Assembly: GCA_021613535.1 (NCBI GenBank)
Contig: CP075492.1
Coordinates: forward strand, 11,780,001-11,844,000
DNA: 64,000 nucleotides
Direction of reading: 5' to 3'
Source: Adineta vaga
Taxonomy: Eukaryota; Animalia; Rotifera
The stretch's first letter is position 1, and each line of letters begins with the position of its first letter. The position numbers were made by a program, and so were the translations under genes. Below, piece after piece: positions 61,086 to 64,000 of this stretch. Under the pieces are notes generated by a model. The model saw only the letters and a list, made by a program, of their open reading frames with translations. It was not told the DNA's origin and did no database searches.

Positions 61086-63991
61086 GAGAACTGTATCAGC
61101 AACAATTTGATCGGTTTTGGAACTATGTCGAGAATTCGTTAATATATTTGCATCTTTTGGATAAAGAAGTGGTTTAGGTTTGATTGGTAATATCATATTC
61201 GTTGTGTCCGAAAACACTAAAGAAAAATAGACTAATCAATTATTTTGTTTTTTAATATTTCAATAAATGTACTTTGACTATGACGTTGTGCCAATTTTGA
61301 AGCATCATTTGATGATATGTTAAAGAGACTAAGCATTGCAACGCATGAAGTATTCTGTAGAATTGCTGCATAACGACCTATATATTAATCGATGAAATAA
61401 TGAAAGAGAGTATTATTTAAAATTATTTCTTTTGTACCTCCGTTTGGTGAAATATTGAGTTTAACAAGATTATGATTAAAATGAAATGTAGCTATATATA
61501 TGCCTGTTATAGTCGACCAAACAGACAGAAGACCATCATGAGAAGCTAAAAAAGACATCAACATATGAAGAAATAACTATCTCGAGAAATGTATTGCTTT
61601 TTACCAGTAATCGCAATAGTGCCATCAGTTGTCAATGATACACAGACAATGGCAGTTTTATGTCTTAGAAGTTTATAAACAACAGTACCTAAAAGAATTC
61701 GATAGAGAATTTTTTTCGAATAATAAGCAAATCTTTACCATCTTTGAATAACCAAAGAATGGCTTGTCCCTCTTTGTCACCAGTTAGAACATATTTTCCA
61801 TCTTCACCTATCGCTACTGCAGTAATTGATTGTTCATGTTCGACGAGAACCTGTTGAATTTGAAAAAATTCATTTATAATTATTGCATCTTTTGATTTTA
61901 CCTGTGTCAATTTGCCCGATGATAACTCCCATAATTTACAACTACAATCTTCACCACCTGTAACTAGATATTGTGAATCTGCTCGAAAAGCCATACATGT
62001 AATCTTTCCTTCTGTATGATCAATTGAACGTACAACACGTGCATCATCCAAGGACCAAATTTTCAAACTAAAATTTGTTTTATCAATATCATCGTCATCC
62101 CTACTAAACTCTTACATATTATCGCCATTTCCCGATACAACATATTTTCCATCGGGAGATACAGCAAGCATTTTACATGGTACATTGTACTAAAAGAAGA
62201 AAAGATAATCTCTTCTTGATAATATCAAAGAAATTTAACGTACGGAATCAATTAATTCACCCGTATTCGCCCACCATGTTTTAATATAATTTTGTTCATC
62301 ACCGGAAAGAATCTTGCGATTATCTTCTAAGATACGTAGATGTGATATTGGAGCTGAATGTGCCTGGAAAAAAATTGAATTTATCTTTTATAAAGAGAGA
62401 AATTCGATCTTTATATTACTGTAAATTCAGTAACAATTTCTCCCATTTCATTATCAAAAACTTTGACGGTTGTATCTTTTGAACCCGATAAAGAAAATAG
62501 ATAAGAATGCGAAAGAGCAACTTGTGTAACTGGTGCACGATGATCAACACTCTGTTCAGTTAATTCTCCATCGATTAAATTAAATAATCGAACAATCCCA
62601 TCAGCACTTCCCGCTATAGCTACGTCACCTTCACGTGAAATTGATAGTGCCGTTGTAGGAATTGATGATGGCAAAGATTCATCATTAGGAAAACCATTAA
62701 ATTGTTGTTTTACATTCAACACATGTATAGCATTCTAAAATTAATCGATCGATTGATTGCCTCGATGTCATTGAGAGAGAAAGACAAATGTTAACATACT
62801 TCTGCAGCAGAGAAAAGAAAACAATTATCTGCGGAAACATAAAGATCAGTCACAGCTGATTCATGATGTGTCAATGTTCGAAGAAGAAGACGAGAACGAA
62901 AATTATAAGCATAAACATGTGAATTGCTACAACCCACATAACAACATACGGAATCTTGGGATAATGCAAGACTGGTTACCTTAGAAAGAAACAAGATATG
63001 AATTCGATAAGAAAATAAAAAGTAAAATCTTCGTTTGCTTCTATTTACTTCAGCAGAATGTCCTTCAAGTCGATGAATATCACTTCCTGTTACTAACGAT
63101 TTCACTTGTACAGATGTATCGTCACAGGCAGCAATAATAAATGTATCATCAGTTGATATGATCATATGTCGGATAGGTGATCCAACTGTATCAATAATAT
63201 CAAGTAGTTGCATACCACGAAAAGTCCATCGTTTTATAGTTTGATCTCGTGATGCTAGAAATAATTCGAAGATATTCTCTTTCCATTTGTCTTTCGTTAA
63301 TAGAATACAAACCTGAAACTAGAATTCCATCATCTTGAGTAATTGCAACTGCTGTAACAGCATCAGTATGTTGTTCAACCGAATGTTCGACTTCTCCAGT
63401 TTCAAGACGAAGTACAACAATTAAACGATCTCGTGAACCAGTTATAATATGTTCATTATTGTGTGAAACAGTCATGCAGAGAATTTCATCTTGATGTATA
63501 CTAAATGAAATAAACAATTCATTTTTTTTTTCGATTGAAAATTCTCTATCAAATTTTACTTGTAAGTATTTTCTAAATCACCCGAATTTAGATTAAATAA
63601 TTTAATCGTTCGATCGGTTGATGCTGAGACTAAATATTTATTATTATAAGTTAATCGTATCGATGTTATCGATGCTGCATGACCTACAAAACAACGTTTA
63701 CAACGCCATAGAAAATCATTTAAAAATATCTACTAGTAAATTTCTTCACTAATTTTTTCGATGGAATATGATACATTGCTATGTCATGTTGTCGTGTTGC
63801 ACAAAAAACATGTTGATTAAACGTTGTTGGTATTATTTTGAATACACCATCAGGACATGGTAGAATGGTTATCGTCATTGGTGGAATTGTTGAAATCCAT
63901 GATGAAAGTGGTACAAAGACCGGCGAACCACACGATTCACACCATTCATGTGCTTGAACGTAAAGAGATTCAATATGTTCATTATAACGAC
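61086..63991 (-). CDS. NACHT/WD40 (NWD1/NWD2/qui-1-like) protein, 3' WD40 portion; 5' end lies beyond the window
   Basis: Many GH...WD-type repeats across small exons (HTDAVTAVAI, GHSAE|VTSL, LVTGGEDCSCKLWE), preceded by a WCE...PVFVPLSSW segment that resembles the NWD family. The NACHT domain itself is not in the window. Confidence 0.75.
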
Positions 63992-64000
63992 CTATTAATA

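Overview
This is AT-rich, gene-dense eukaryotic (animal) DNA with many short GT-AG introns, mostly about 45-65 nt. The style and gene content suggest a bdelloid rotifer (Adineta/Rotaria-like); that assignment is inference. I reconstructed about 29 protein-coding genes by hand. Recognisable conserved genes: KIN17, MTHFS, FKBP6/shutdown, CELF, TBC1D15/17, CFDP1, Rab11-like, IFT43, centrin-3, APC5, SLIMP-like SerRS paralog, FBXO28, SLC25A42, two SLC35G/EamA transporters, kindlin, NTF2, a class A GPCR and the 3' part of an NWD-type WD40 gene. Lineage-specific or unusual genes: a secreted prepro-protein built from duplicated 156-nt six-Cys exons, a bacterial-type GT2 glycosyltransferase with introns, a 4.7-kb intronless LDLa-EGF-7TM receptor, a His-rich tandem WH2 protein, a RING-less/RING-bearing TRIM-like pair, three orphan single-pass membrane proteins and a 62-aa spliced micro-gene. 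Main structural observations: (1) the GPCR appears nested on the same strand in the last intron of the WD40 gene, next to a CaaX terminal exon that is in phase with both genes; (2) tightly spaced co-directional genes have splice acceptors just upstream of their ATGs, consistent with SL trans-spliced operons; (3) a candidate mutually exclusive exon pair; (4) a 1-nt frameshift in the kindlin C-terminus. No rRNA, tRNA, CRISPR array or recognisable transposon was seen. Multi-exon CDS coordinates are start-to-stop spans. Family assignments come from recalled motifs, not database searches.
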